64,000 bases of DNA, from contig NC_043012.1 in the NCBI RefSeq assembly GCF_006345805.1, positions 1,364,001 through 1,428,000 on the forward strand. The letters run 5' to 3'. Numbering within the stretch: position 1 is the first letter of the stretch; each line of letters opens with the position of its first letter. Both the position numbers and the translations under genes were made by a program. Below, piece after piece: positions 25,262 to 38,621 of this stretch. Origin of the DNA: Octopus sinensis. Its lineage: Eukaryota. The notes below the pieces were generated by a model. It was not told the origin of the DNA. It searched no databases and saw nothing but the letters and a program-made list of their open reading frames with translations.

Positions 25262-25687
25262 ATCAGTTTAGAGTTGGCCCATAGATAGCAACTGTTACAA
25301 GACGTATCATTAGCAAGAAATATTATCAAAATACATTGAAAGTATGTAAAAGTTTTTAGAATACATTGTTTCCATGAATATATTTTATCTACATACGAAT
25401 TAAGTAATATATCATTGGCAAAATTAATGTCACAGGTCTTCGAAATACGTACGTTACAAGTTCTCTCTCTTCAGTAAGATGATATCGTAGTGAAAATTTT
25501 CTGTTTCAGCCATAAGTGCGCATTTCTCTTTCCTAATATAAATTTTAAATTGATTTGGCGTGCCTTCCAGTGGAGTTTATAAAAGAATAGATATATCGAT
25601 TGAAGCGAAATTTAAAACGGTTAGCAGGGTGAGCGATATGCATTTTAGTGTAATTTGTGTGCGCATTATATTATACACTTGTCACAG

Positions 25688-25985
25688 AGCACGGCTTGCT
25701 GGCCAAGGTATTCAACTCACGATGTAAGCTCGTGAGTTCGATTCCTGGCTATGCGTTGTGGCCTTCATCGAAATGAATTCACGTTGCTCCGGTCTACTTA
25801 GCTGACAAAACCGAATTTCTAACTGTAATGCAAAGGACCAGCCCTTGTGATATTCTGTCATGCTGGCGTTCCTTAAGATCTCTGTTAAGAGTACGCATAT
25901 TTGTGGAGCGCTCAACCACTTCCACGTGAAATTCACGAGCATTTTGTTCCGATGATCGGACCAACTGGAGTAGGTAGTATCAGTT
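25688..25985 (+). mobile_element. SINE family C (CORE-like), diverged
   Basis: GTGAGTTCGATTCC B box, TTCACGTTGCTCC core, body like 41950-42265. Confidence 0.7.
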
Positions 25986-26196
25986 AATTATATTATACAC
26001 TTCACCGGGCATTTAAAGCTCGAAAGACAAACTGAAGTGTTTGTGAAATTGTATTTGTTAAGAGAGCTGGTGACAAAAGTTTTTGGTTAATTGCTTTTTG
26101 TCTTTTAGATTATAAGAAGTAACAGCTTCTGGAAATGTAGCTTTAGAAGTGTCCGTTTTGATGACAGAACTCCTATGAAAAATTCTCATATACCTA

Positions 26197-26947
26197 TAGG
26201 CGCAAGCGTGGCTGTGTGGTACATAGCTTGCTTAATAACAACATGGTTGCAGGTTCAGTCCTATTGCGTGGCAGCTTGGGCAAGTGTCTTCTACTACAGC
26301 CTCTGGCCGACCGAAACCTTGTGAGTGGATTTGGTAGACGGAAATTGAAAGAAGCCCGTCATATATATATATATATATACATATTTATATTAATGACATT
26401 ACTTCACGTAAATGCCTCACGCTATGAGGAACAATTAAAATCAAAGCTACCATAATAACTATGAAATCATATGATTTGCGGTTGAATTAGTTTTTAAGAG
26501 CTCGCTTCTAGAGTTGCATTCCATCGCGTTCGGTACACTGTATTTATTATGGTAGTTTTGAATTTTAGAGTCCCTCATAGCTTGAGGCATTTACGTGTAA
26601 TAATGCCCTTAATATAAATAAATATATCTAAAGGGAATAATTATAAATTTTTCTCTTATGAGGTTTTTCACGCTGACTATTTAATAAATTCTTATAAATA
26701 TTTTATCCTATTTTGAAATTTTATGCATATGTGTGTATACATGTATATGTTTGTGTGTCTTTGATTGCCTCCCCACCATCGCTTGACAACCGATGTTGGT
26801 GCGTTTATCTAGTAATTCGGTAAAAGAGACCGATAGAATAAGTACTAGGCTTACAAGAAAATAAGTCCTCGGGTCGATTTGTTTGACTAAAGTCGGTGCT
26901 CCAGCATGGCCGCAGTCAACTGCCTGAAACAAATAAAGAATAAAAGA
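26197..26947 (+). mobile_element. SINE family A split by an insertion (head 26197-26360, tail ~26725-26947)
   Basis: Both halves recognisable; the central microsatellite is interrupted. Confidence 0.8.
26383..26619. mobile_element. MITE / foldback element with ~80-bp imperfect TIRs
   Basis: ATTTATATTAATGACATTACTTCACGTAAATGCCTCACGCTATGAGG...CTACCATAATAA matches the reverse complement of the right end at about 80%. Confidence 0.75.
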
Positions 26948-27434
26948 TATGTTCGAGTCTGAAGTGTTTAATGAAAAAAAAAAAGCATTGTTGGCATTGA
27001 GCAACTAAATTGTATGGTGGATTAAACCATCACGTTTTCTCGTATTTCGATGATTAGCTATTGTCCATGTAAATTTCGGATCTACAATGTTCTCGCATAA
27101 GACATGGCCATATGAAAGGTAAAGATGGTATTAAACACCATTAGTAATTTGCTGACATGCAAGGAGATTACATCGTTTCTCTGAAACATTTAAAATTAAA
27201 TTGTTTGTTTTAAACATTTCAGAAGGTGGTTGGGCTGCTTATGTACCTAATTGCGGGTTTCCTTAGGAATTTTCAACGTGAGGATGCACGGGTTACGGAA
27301 TTATAGGTGACATCTAACACACTATGGATTTATGACTTTGGATATCAGAAAACTATAATTATTAACGCAAATTTGTAATACTTTCTTAACACAAATATAT
27401 ATATAATGCTATATGATATATATATATATATTAT

Positions 27435-27465
<31 letters not shown>

Positions 27466-28092
27466 GCGTTGTTGTCTTTTTGTTTTCTTGTTTGGATTAA
27501 CTTTATATATATATATATATATATATATACATGCATACATCATGCATACATACACACACACACACATATATATATACATATATATGTGTGCACGCATATA
27601 TATATATATATGTATATTATACTTATATAACCATATATAAATATATAAACACATGCATTTATATTTATATGTATTAGGATATTAGGTATGTATATATGTA
27701 TATATATGTGTGTGAATATATATATATATATGAATATATATATATACATGTATATATATATATATGTGCCTGCATATATGTATATATATGTGTGAGTGTG
27801 TGTGCATGTGTGTGTGTATGTACGCGCGATTCATCTGCATCTCTAACTTTCTCTTTCTACATATATACATACATAAATAGGCACACACACATGCATATAT
27901 GGGTGTGTGAGTGTCTGTGTGTCTGTGGGTATGTAAGTATGTATGTGTTGCTGAGTGTGAGTGATTGAGTGTGTTTTACGCATGCGTGTTCTGGTCAGTG
28001 TATGGCTGCACTTCATTGCAGTGTGTAAGTGAGTACGTGCGTGTATGAGTTTGTGTGTGTGTGTGTGTGTTGTGTGTGTGTGTGTGTGTGTG

Positions 28093-28131
<39 letters not shown>

Positions 28132-28766
28132 TGTGTGTGTTGATATTGAGTTCGAAAGCTTTCGAATAAGCTGAAGAAAAGAAGTAAAGCAGTCAGCTAG
28201 AAATGGAATGGAAGAAGTAGAGAGGGAGTGTGTGTGTGGTGGGGTTGTATAAATCCAGTTTTCTCACAGAATCTCAACTGACCCCAAGCAAATGTGAGAG
28301 AGGTTAGAGAAAGTTTGATGGACCAGGTAAGAAGAATTGACCTCAAGGTACAACACGGCAAATTGGATTTTACTAAAGTATTAGCGACTAAATGCATTTT
28401 GGCTGATAACTGGGGTGTTGCAATTGAATCTAAGCCTGACATCTATGTAGTAGTAGTAGTAGAATCAAGAGGATAGGGCCAGTTGGGTGAGAGAGGGATT
28501 TGGAGAGGTAGCAAATAGATTGATTGATGATAAACAGGGATGGAGTGTGCTTGAGTGAGAGGGACGGCGTGTGGGAGGGTGGGGGGAAGTTAGAGAAACA
28601 GTAGGTTTGTGAAAGATCGATAGGAATAATAGAGAGAGAGAGGAAGATGTTGGGTAATATAGAAGAGATGGTGTTTTATGTCTATGGTGTAGGAGAAAAG
28701 TATAAGTGGTGGATATACATATAGAGCGTGCAGGAGAGGCCCAGGAGACAGTAATACACACACACA

Positions 28767-28801
<35 letters not shown>

Positions 28802-28915
28802 CACACACACACACACATACACACACACACGCATACACACGCACATGCGCATACACACACGCACACGTTTATATAATGCATTCATCCACATATGCATGCA
28901 TGTATGTATGTATTA

Positions 28916-28995
<80 letters not shown>

Positions 28996-29029
28996 ATTTA
29001 TATAAATACACACATATATATATACACAT

Positions 29030-29075
<46 letters not shown>

Positions 29076-30139
29076 ATGTATGTATGCCTGAACGTATGCA
29101 TGTATGTACGTATGTGTGTGTATGTATGCATGTATGTACGTATGTGTGTGTGTATGTATGCATGTCTGTATATATCTAAGTATCTATGTATCTATGTATG
29201 TATGTACATAATCGGTCGATGAGAGATAGCAGGTATATTTACTGTATGAACTTCGAAAAAGCGTGCATAAAGCGAAAGAGAATAGAGAAAGATAGAATGA
29301 GTGAGAGAGAGAGAGGGAGGGAGGGAGAGAGAGTAAGAGAGAGGGTAGAAGGAGAGAAAGATGAGAAAGAAGAACAAAGAGAAAGGTGAGAATCAAAATA
29401 TACTTGTAAAGGAATTTAGAGTGGGCTGCAAAACGTGGATGAAATCACGTAAAGCATTGAAAATAAGGGATCAACACTCACTCTCTTTCTCTTTTAGATA
29501 TGTTCCCTTCATTCTCATATTATATTTCTCCCTTACTCTCTGCTACTTCACTCTGTCTCTGTTTAGATTCAGTGACTGAGAGTGAGGGAGAGGGAGAGGA
29601 AAGCGAGAGAAGGGGAGATAATCTGATCAGTGAGAAGGGACATTGTGAAAATGGACAGAGGACATGGCGCTCAACCAAAAAGGAGAAGGAAATAAAACGA
29701 AAGAGAGGAAAATCGATGAATATAGTAAGGAAATAGAGAGACAATATTAAATAAAGGAACAAAATTAGAGAGAAGGCAGGAAAAGAGAAGTGAAAAGTGA
29801 CAGTACAAAAGCATAGAAGTTAAGGCGTGAGAAATATCAAAGGGAGATAATGGAAGAATGGATAAGTCATTGTGTGTATACGTCGGTAATGTAAGGGTTA
29901 AAAAATATATGAAAGCGTATATTATATGTTGTGCAAATATTATCTGGTATAGAATTCGTAAGTCGTTACATAGGGTAGAGTAGATAGATTTTTTATTTTA
30001 TCACACTCAAAAACGATATTTTCGTACTGTATCAACATGGTCAATCCGATAAGCTTGTAGCCTATGTTTGTAATACATGCCGCGATCAGGCAGCAGTGGA
30101 GTGAGAAATGTCGATATATATATATATATTTGTTTTTTC

Positions 30140-30431
30140 TGACCAGGCTATCAGATGTTGCTACACATCGCTGGTCACAATGCGCTTCGCATTGTTTTAG
30201 CCTTCAAATGATGCCACCCCGCTGGCTAAGCGAGCAGGCCAACAGAAGAAAGAGTGAGAGAAATTTGTGGCGAAAGAGTACAGCAGGGATCGCCACCACA
30301 CCCTGCTGGAGCCTCGTGGAACTTTTAGGTGTTTTCGCTCAATAAACACTCACAATACCTGGTCTGGGAATCGAAACCGCGATCCTACAACCACGAGTCT
30401 GCTGCCCTAACCACTGGGCCATTGCACCTCC
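30140..30431 (-). mobile_element. tRNA-derived SINE family D
   Basis: Head GGAGGTGCAATGGCCCAGTGGTTAGGG (A box) ... GGTTTCGATTCC (B box), followed by a body unlike families A-C. Confidence 0.75.
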
Positions 30432-31473
30432 TGTATATATTTAGATACAGGAAACACATCGTAGAAGAAAACAAGGAATTAAGCGGAGCAGGATGACACG
30501 CGTGGACAGAAACTGTCACGGAAGCGGTCACTAATGTGCGACGAAAGGTTTCCGGACAATGGACATACGATAAAATAAGTTTTCTTTGACAAAAGAAAAA
30601 AAAAATTATAATTCCGAAACATGACAATATCTGCTTCAACACACGGCTTCACACCAGTAACCTTGCAACACAAATAAGGTCTTTTATAATGGAAGAGTAT
30701 TAATCCTTAATAACGAAGGTCATAAAATTATTAGCAAAAAACATTGTTGGCGTTGATATTAGCTTGCTATGGAGGACAGAGGGGTCAGTCGTTAGCTCAA
30801 ACCAGCCAGTGAGCCATTCCCTACTTAAGATGAACATCTTATTATTAAATGACAAAAATTGGGTCATGTAATTTATATAAGAATCATAAAGGTCTACTTG
30901 AGGCATATGGGATATGGAACTTCCATATGTTTTGCTTCTCACCATTTCAATTAACTATTCAGTTAAAAAGTAGTTCCTTCACATTGCTTGTTCATATTTT
31001 CTTTTGTTTTGCAGTTTAGAGAGTAGTTTTAAGCGATTTTCTTCTTCTATTATTCTTCTATAAAACAACAAACAAACAAAAATTTCCTTATTCTCTATCT
31101 GGAACAGTTCAGTTCATGAAGTGTCCATATGTTATATTTTTTGCTTAGATAATTCCTCATAAAATTTTTTCTTTGTCTTTCCGAAGCTTATATTCTTTAC
31201 ATTGTCCCATTCCTTTTATTCTGCATATTCTTCAAGATTTGCTGTTGAATTCATTACTGTTTCCATTGTTTCTTGTCGTTCAGGTTCACCATCAATTTGC
31301 TCTCCTCACACCTAACATAGAAACTTCGCATGGATGATGTTCTCACTTTGTTTTCAAAATGGTCATTCATATTGCTGATCATTTTCGGTTCATTTCCCAA
31401 TAAAGTGGATGTGCCCAAGATGGCGTCTGTCGTCTGTTCGCTCCTCGACGTCTCTCTCTCTCTCTCACTTTCT

Positions 31474-31567
<94 letters not shown>

Positions 31568-31618
31568 TATTATATATATATATAATATATATTTATATAT
31601 ATATATTTATATTATATT

Positions 31619-31656
<38 letters not shown>

Positions 31657-31667
31657 ATATATATATA

Positions 31668-31724
<57 letters not shown>

Positions 31725-31727
<3 letters not shown>

Positions 31728-31920
31728 TGTAATTCTTCCAGTCATTTGACTACGGCCATACTCGGGCAGCGTATTGGACAGATTATTAGTCGAATAAAGC
31801 GACAACAGTACTTAAATTTTTAAAACTGTTTAATTATTCTATCGATACTTTTTGGCGAACTGCTAATTTACGGGAATATAGGCACACGGACACCAATTAT
31901 CAAGCGGTGGAGGAGAGACA
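31725..31920 (-). mobile_element. SINE family A 3' half, diverged
   Basis: CAGTCATTTGACTACGGCCAT...GGCGAACTGCTAA. Confidence 0.7.
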
Positions 31921-32209
31921 GAGATAGATAGAGAGAGGGAGAGAGAGAGACGCACACACACGAACAAACACATACACACATACACACACACATACATACA
32001 TACACACATACACAGATACACAAACGCACACGCACACACACACACATACAAGTTTTGCATTTTATTTCCAAAGGTGTGTCATGTGGAGTGTTGTTGAAAA
32101 CGGTGTCTTCCATGGCATGTGTTCTAAAGAAACAAAACAAATTGGTTTACATATGTATATGCATATGAATATACATATGCATACATAAATAAACACACAC
32201 ACGGACACA

Positions 32210-32259
<50 letters not shown>

Positions 32260-32271
32260 TGAGAGAGAGTG

Positions 32272-32323
<52 letters not shown>

Positions 32324-32347
32324 GTATTGAAATATATGTATAAATAT

Positions 32348-32737
32348 ACTCTTTTACTCTTTTACATGTTTCAGTCATTTGACTGTGGCCATGCTGGAGC
32401 ACCGCCTTTAGTCGACAAAATCGACCCCAGGGCTTATTCTTTGTAAGCCTGGTGATTATTTTATCGGTCTTTTGCCGAACCGCTAAGTTACGGAGATGTA
32501 AACACACCAGCATCGGTTGTCAAGCGATGTTGGGGGAACAAACACCGACATACAAACATATACATATACATATATATATATATATATACAGTTTCGTCTA
32601 CCAAATCCACTCATAAGGCTTTGGTCGGCCCGAGGCTATAGTAGAAGACACTTGCTGAAGGTGCCACGCAGTGGGACTGTACCCGGCACCATGTCGTTGG
32701 TAAGCAAGCTACCTACCACACAGCCACTCCTACGCCT
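32348..32737 (-). mobile_element. SINE family A, full length with a small internal deletion
   Basis: Head at 32737, tail at 32348. Confidence 0.9.
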
Positions 32738-32754
32738 ATATATATATATATATA

Positions 32755-32870
32755 TAGGGAGAATTCACAAAAAATAAAACCAAAAGACGAAGGCAGGTGT
32801 AGGTACAACAAGCAAGTTTGACGCTCGAGGAAAATGGAAAAGTCTTTACTTTTCGCACCTAGGCTTTTCA
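32755..32870 (-). mobile_element. Possible Penelope-like terminal fragment
   Basis: Similar to 15575-15745. Confidence 0.3.
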
Positions 32871-32887
32871 AATATGAAAAAATAAAC

Positions 32888-32957
32888 AGTGGTTAAAGAG
32901 ACGAACTTACGACCGTGAGGTTGTGAGTTCGAATCCCGGACCGGGCTGCGTGTTGGG
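32888..32957 (+). mobile_element. SINE family C head fragment
   Basis: GTGGTTA...GTGAGTTCGAATCCCGGACCGGGCTGCGTGTTG. Confidence 0.7.
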
Positions 32958-33866
32958 TTCGGTCAATAATGTCACGTGTTAACACATTTATTTGCAAGAA
33001 AGTAACTCTCTGTTTAAAATTTTTCCAGGTTCATAGGATTATGCTCAAGGTGGCTTCGTTATTCATACGTGCCATCCTTGCTACTTTCACCCATCTTTTT
33101 TTTTAAACATCTGTTCGACAAACTTTGCCTCTCTACTCTCACTTTCCTTTTCAAGTGATACTTGAAGAAGTTGTTGAGAGATTGACCAGAGAGAAAAGTG
33201 TTTGTTCCAATCCTTTCAGACGCGTCCTCCAGATACATTCTTTCACCATAGCCACAAGTATGATGAAAATAGTTCTTCCTTTCCGTTGGAAGGAAGGAGG
33301 CGTGACGACATTGACGATAGACTCGGCTGATAAAACCGACTCGTCCCACACGTGACAGCAGTCGTTCGACATAAGCCCACAGGTCGGAAATGGTTGGACA
33401 CTGTACGAGTGCGTGCAGAAGAGTTTCGTCGTTCTGACCGCATCTCGGGCAGGTAGCCCCGAGTTTCTTGAGCCGTGTCCGGAGAGCTTATCCCGAAGGA
33501 GTAGCGCTTCTCGGTAGCACTACCAGGCCAGAGATCTCTGGAAGTTGTCCATAAGTCCTGGCCCGAAAGTCGTCCTGAACAGGCGGGTCAGGTTTTCCTC
33601 GTTGACAACCAGGTTCACCCCGAATTCGTCATCGTACCTCCCCTCCACTAATCCCCTATAGAGGGCTTTGGTTGTGTTGAAGTCGCTCAAGGTCGACCCG
33701 GGACGGCATAGTTGCTTGAGAGCAACGAGACACTCGCGGTGCCATTCGCCCTTCCTCGGCGTCATATTGATCCACGACTGCAGTTCGGTCATGGAGACGA
33801 GTTGCAGGAAAGCGTACCTCACAACGGCGACCACACCTGTTCACCGTCGTCTAGGTAGAGCCGATT
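32958..33866 (-). mobile_element. L1/Tx1-clade LINE 3' fragment, copy 2
   Basis: Homologous to 18778-19622 (SMTELQSW..., GLMDNFQRSLAW). Confidence 0.85.
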
Positions 33867-33885
33867 AACATATATGTATATATAT

Positions 33886-33923
<38 letters not shown>

Positions 33924-33971
33924 TATATTATATAATATATATTTTATATATATTATATATAATATATATAT

Positions 33972-34010
<39 letters not shown>

Positions 34011-34679
34011 GCCACATATTGTATGTATATATATATACATACATAAATATATACATGCAGATATATATATGTATGCATATGCACACACAAACATATATAA
34101 ATATACGTATATACATTATATAGCCATGCCCCATTATGAACACACAATTTTGGCTGGAGCTCACAAAGTAACATATACACTCATATACAAACACATACAC
34201 ACACACACATACAGACGCAAAAAATTACGAAATTATCGATAAGATTAAATGGAGATTATGTTATAGAAACTGCTAATCTTAAAACAGCTGATGTAGTACA
34301 TTCATTACTATATAAACATTTATAATGATATCCAAATATCTCCATACACATATGTGCGTGTGAGCATATATATAAGTATATACCTATACATATATATATA
34401 TATATATATATACATATATACATATGTATGTATATATATACATAAATATTAGTTCATACAAAATATATATATATATAGTTGCATGCATTTATTTTTATGT
34501 ATTCTCATTAGTTAATGAAATAATTAATTAATTAATGATGCACTATAAAGGTTTTATTGGATAATAATTTTTTAAAGTATGGTTTCCCTATATTTTTAAT
34601 CTGGTTGATAAAACTAATAATTTGCCTTTGTTTACGCTTACTTACACTATAAGCGTTAAGGTTAAAGGCAAATGGAAAT

Positions 34680-35040
34680 ACAGTTCGCTTTATATTTAGT
34701 GCACTGTATGTATGTACGCGTGTATGCTTGTATGTATGTATGTTGTATGTATGTATGTATGTATGTATGTATGTATATATGTATGTATGTATGTATGTGT
34801 GTATGTATATATGTATGTATGTATGCGTGTATGCTTGTATGTATGTATGTATGTATGTATGTGTGTATGTATGTGTGTATGTATGTATGTGTGTATGTAT
34901 ATGTGTATGTAAATATGTGTGTATGTATGCATGTATGTGTGTATGTATGTATTTATGTATGTATGTGTCTATATATGTATGTGTGTATGTATGTCTATGT
35001 ATGTATGTGTGTGTATGTACGTATGCATGTATGTATGCGT
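34680..35040. repeat. Degenerate (TATG)n tract
   Basis: Directly visible. Confidence 0.95.
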
Positions 35041-35397
35041 ACACTCTCTTGAACTCCCACGGGCGTGCACACACAAACATAGTCACATACACTCTCATAC
35101 ACATACACTCTCTCTCACACACACACACACACATATATATACATGTATATATATATATCTTCATTCACACACTTATACATGTTTTCTAATGTGCGCGTGG
35201 ATAAATGTACGCTGCTTAGTTTGTATATACCGGTGTGCTTTATATACACATTTATGTATACACACACGCACACACACACGTTTTATATGTGCAAATATAT
35301 ATATGTGTGTGTGTGTGTGTGGTGTGTGTGTGTGTATGTATGTATATATATACACATATATGTTTTATATATATATATACATATACAAATATTTGTT

Positions 35398-35429
<32 letters not shown>

Positions 35430-35984
35430 CACGCACATATATTTTAGTCTCTCGGAATATCTTTGGATTACATACTCCACGCATACTAATTTGTAATTCC
35501 TTCTACAGTTCATACCACAAATCCGCTATTCTCGGTTGACTAGTTAAATTTCTCTTGAAGCCATCAGCATGAAACCTTCAGATATGGAATAATTCCGTTA
35601 CGCATCCAGTCTCCCTTCTAAATGCTTCGACAACTTTTAGCTGATTTGGCGCCTAATACAATATAGACCCCAATAATCACCCACTGCACATTATTATACT
35701 GTATATATTTTATTCATTGTTTTTCCCAGTTAAGTCGCCATGTTACACAATACGGTTGGTGATGGTAGTGTTGCTTCTGAAATATTCTCTTAATATTCGG
35801 AAATGCAGGGATATAAATTTTCATTCGTAAATTTAGTGATATCTAAAAGAGAAAATCGAATATTTATCTAACGTAGTTTATTCTTTAGCTTAGAGTTTTG
35901 TCTGTACATTAAAAGATATCTTTTCATAATATTAATAGTTTCAAATTTTGGCACAAGAATAGCTAGTAGGGCTGCAGGAGTAAG

Positions 35985-36503
35985 TCGATTAAATCGATGG
36001 CAGTACGCAACTGGTACGCAGTTTATGGACTTTGAAAGGATCATAGACAAACTCGACATCGGCGCATTTTGCACAGACGAAATATCTATTTCCATACTAC
36101 CCACAAGGGGCTAAACACAGAGAGGACAAACAAGGACAGACAAACGGATTAAGTCGATTATATCGACCCCAGTGCGTAACTGGTACTTAATTTATCGACC
36201 TCGAAAGGATGAAAGGCAAAGTCAACCTCGACGGAATTTGAACTCAGAACGTAGCAGCAGACGAAATACCTATTTCTTTATTACCCACAAGGGGATAAAC
36301 ATTGAGAGGACAAACAAGAACAGACATAGGTATTAAGTCGATTACATCAACTCCAGTGCGTAACCGGTACTTAATTTATCGAGCCTGAAAAGATGAAAGT
36401 CAAAGTCGACCTCAGTGGAATTTGAACTCAGAACGTAAAAACAGAAGAAATGCCGCTAAGCATTTCACCCGGCGTGCTAGCGCTTCTGCCAGGTTTCCGC
36501 CTT
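35985..36503 (-). mobile_element. SINE family B trimer
   Basis: One headed unit (36270-36503) followed by two headless units; junctions at ~36269 and ~36085. Confidence 0.88.
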
Positions 36504-36595
36504 CGAAAATATTTATTACATAACGTAATGACATCAGCCGAACAGCAGAAACAGGAGCAAAAAGCCATAATGATACCAGCAGTAGCAGCGACAGC

Positions 36596-36634
<39 letters not shown>

Positions 36635-37171
36635 TGTAGTAGTAGTGGTGGTAGTAGCAGCAGCAGCACAGCCGCAGCATTAGCAGCACCTCCTCCCCAT
36701 TAGGAAAATATTTAATACCCACACATATATTTAACTGACAATTAATTCGAATTTGCATTAATGTAAGAAGTGCGTTTTGTTTTTAAGTCTGAGCAATTTC
36801 ATATTTTCAAGCTTCAGTGACTTCGAGATCCCATTAGACAGACGGAATTCGCTAAGTCCCCTCCACAATCCTATATTTCCGACTTAAGATCACATTTGTT
36901 ACTCCCCGAGGACTTGACTTCAATTTTATTAATGACTCTTATTTAGTATTTCAGAGTTTTCATTAGTAGCTTTTAATTATGGTAATTTGTAATATTCCAT
37001 CTATTTATTTTATTTCTGTGTTATTTATTGCAGTTATAAATGTTAAAACGTTACGTCTTTTATCAGCCGACAAAATTGTGAATGCCAGTCGTGTGGTATG
37101 GGCCCAGGATGAGAAAAAAGATTTAAAATTTCGTTTCTGAATAACGACTTCGCGAATACAATCTCTCAGCG

Positions 37172-37538
37172 TGTCATCACGAGTATTTATCAGCAACCAT
37201 AGCCTCATGTCTTCACGAGCTCTGTGAGCCGAAATTGTGAAAGCGGAAACAGCGTGGAAGCCTTTAACAAAGGATGGCACCTATCATTGAAAGATCCTTT
37301 TGTGACACCCATTAAATCATGCTTATTCTGTTGGAATAGGCACATGGCTCAGATGTCATCACGAGTATTTATCAATAACCATAGCCTCATGTCTTCACGA
37401 GCTCTGTGAGCTGAAATTGTGAAAGTGGAAACTGCGTGGAAGCCCTTAACAAAGGATGGCACCTATAATTGAAAGATCTTTTTGTGACACCCATTACATC
37501 ATGCTTATTCTGTTGGAATAGGCGCGTGGCTCAGATGT
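37172..37538. repeat. 182-bp tandem duplication
   Basis: TGTCATCACGAGTATTTATC starts at 37172 and 37354; about 92% identical. Confidence 0.92.
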
Positions 37539-38215
37539 TAAACCGTCGGACTGACAATTATGAAACAATGAGTTCGATTCCCGGACCGGCTCTCTTTTGT
37601 CTGATATTCTTGAGCAAAACACTTTATTTCATATGGTGAAGGCGCATGTCTCAGTGGTTAGAGCGTCGGACTGACAATCATAAGGTAATGAGTTCGATTC
37701 CCGCACCGGGTTGTGTATTGTGTTCTTGAAGAAGACACTTTTTTCACGTCGGGAAGTTACATAACTCAGTAGTTAGAGCGTGAAGCTCACAATCATGAGA
37801 TAGTGAGTTCGATTCCCGGACCAGGCTGTGTGTGGTGTTTTGAGCAAGACACTTTATTTCACGTTGTGAAGGTGCATGACTTAGTGGTTAGAGCGTCAGG
37901 CTCATAATAATGAGGTAGTGAGGTCGATTCCCAGATTGGACTGTGTTGTGTCCTTGAACAAGACATTTTATTTTCACTTTGCTCCAGTTCACCCAACTGT
38001 AGAAATTAGTAGCGCCATCACTAGGCGCCAAGCTGCATCGGCCTTTGCCTTTCCCTAGGATAACATCGGTGGCAAGGAGAAGGGAGGCTGGTATAGATGG
38101 TGTAGACTGCTGGTCTTCCATAAACAAATTTGTCCGATTTTGCCTCGAGTGGGGAGACTTTGTAGGTGCAATCCCATGGTCATTCATGGTCGAAGGGGTT
38201 CTTTACCCTTTATCC
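37520..38215 (+). mobile_element. Four tandem SINE-C tRNA-like heads; the last continues into a full body
   Basis: B boxes at ~37571, ~37691, ~37806, ~37921; each unit ends near ACTTTATTTCACGT. Confidence 0.85.
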
Positions 38216-38329
38216 TTTTATTCTGTTGGGAGTACAACTGTCCGTCGAATACTCAGCCACGTAAAGTCTAATATTAATGAACAGGTGGTTTAATAATAAT
38301 TAACAGGTGGTTTAATTGATCGAACAATT

Positions 38330-38545
38330 GAATGCTCATGGTCGAAATCGACGCAAGACCCCTTTACTCTTAGTTTTACAAGACAAATATAATAAGGGAG
38401 ACCATAAATTTCAGGAGACCATAACGCTGGTGTATCCAACATTTGAAGCTCCCAGGCAATCCAGATTTGTCGACCCCTCAATAAGCCAGGGTTTTTGATA
38501 ATTCTTCGGCTGGATGGTATGTCCTTCGGCTTCCCCTAAAGAATC
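38330..38545 (-). mobile_element. Possible very old RTE 3' remnant
   Basis: Weak resemblance to the RTE RGRP..W pattern only. Confidence 0.25.
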
Positions 38546-38588
38546 TGACTAAGCACGCACGCACACAAACACACACACACACACACCA

Positions 38589-38621
<33 letters not shown>

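Noticed and set aside
28270-28326. Apparent 57-bp exon (CACAG| ... CAG|GTAAGA)
   Set aside because: All three frames contain stops; no supporting context.
30700-31450. Possible decayed LINE on the minus strand
   Set aside because: No diagnostic motif recognised.
37520-37990. tRNA gene cluster or CRISPR-like array
   Set aside because: Units run into SINE core sequence, lack a clean acceptor stem and have no unique spacers; eukaryotic context.
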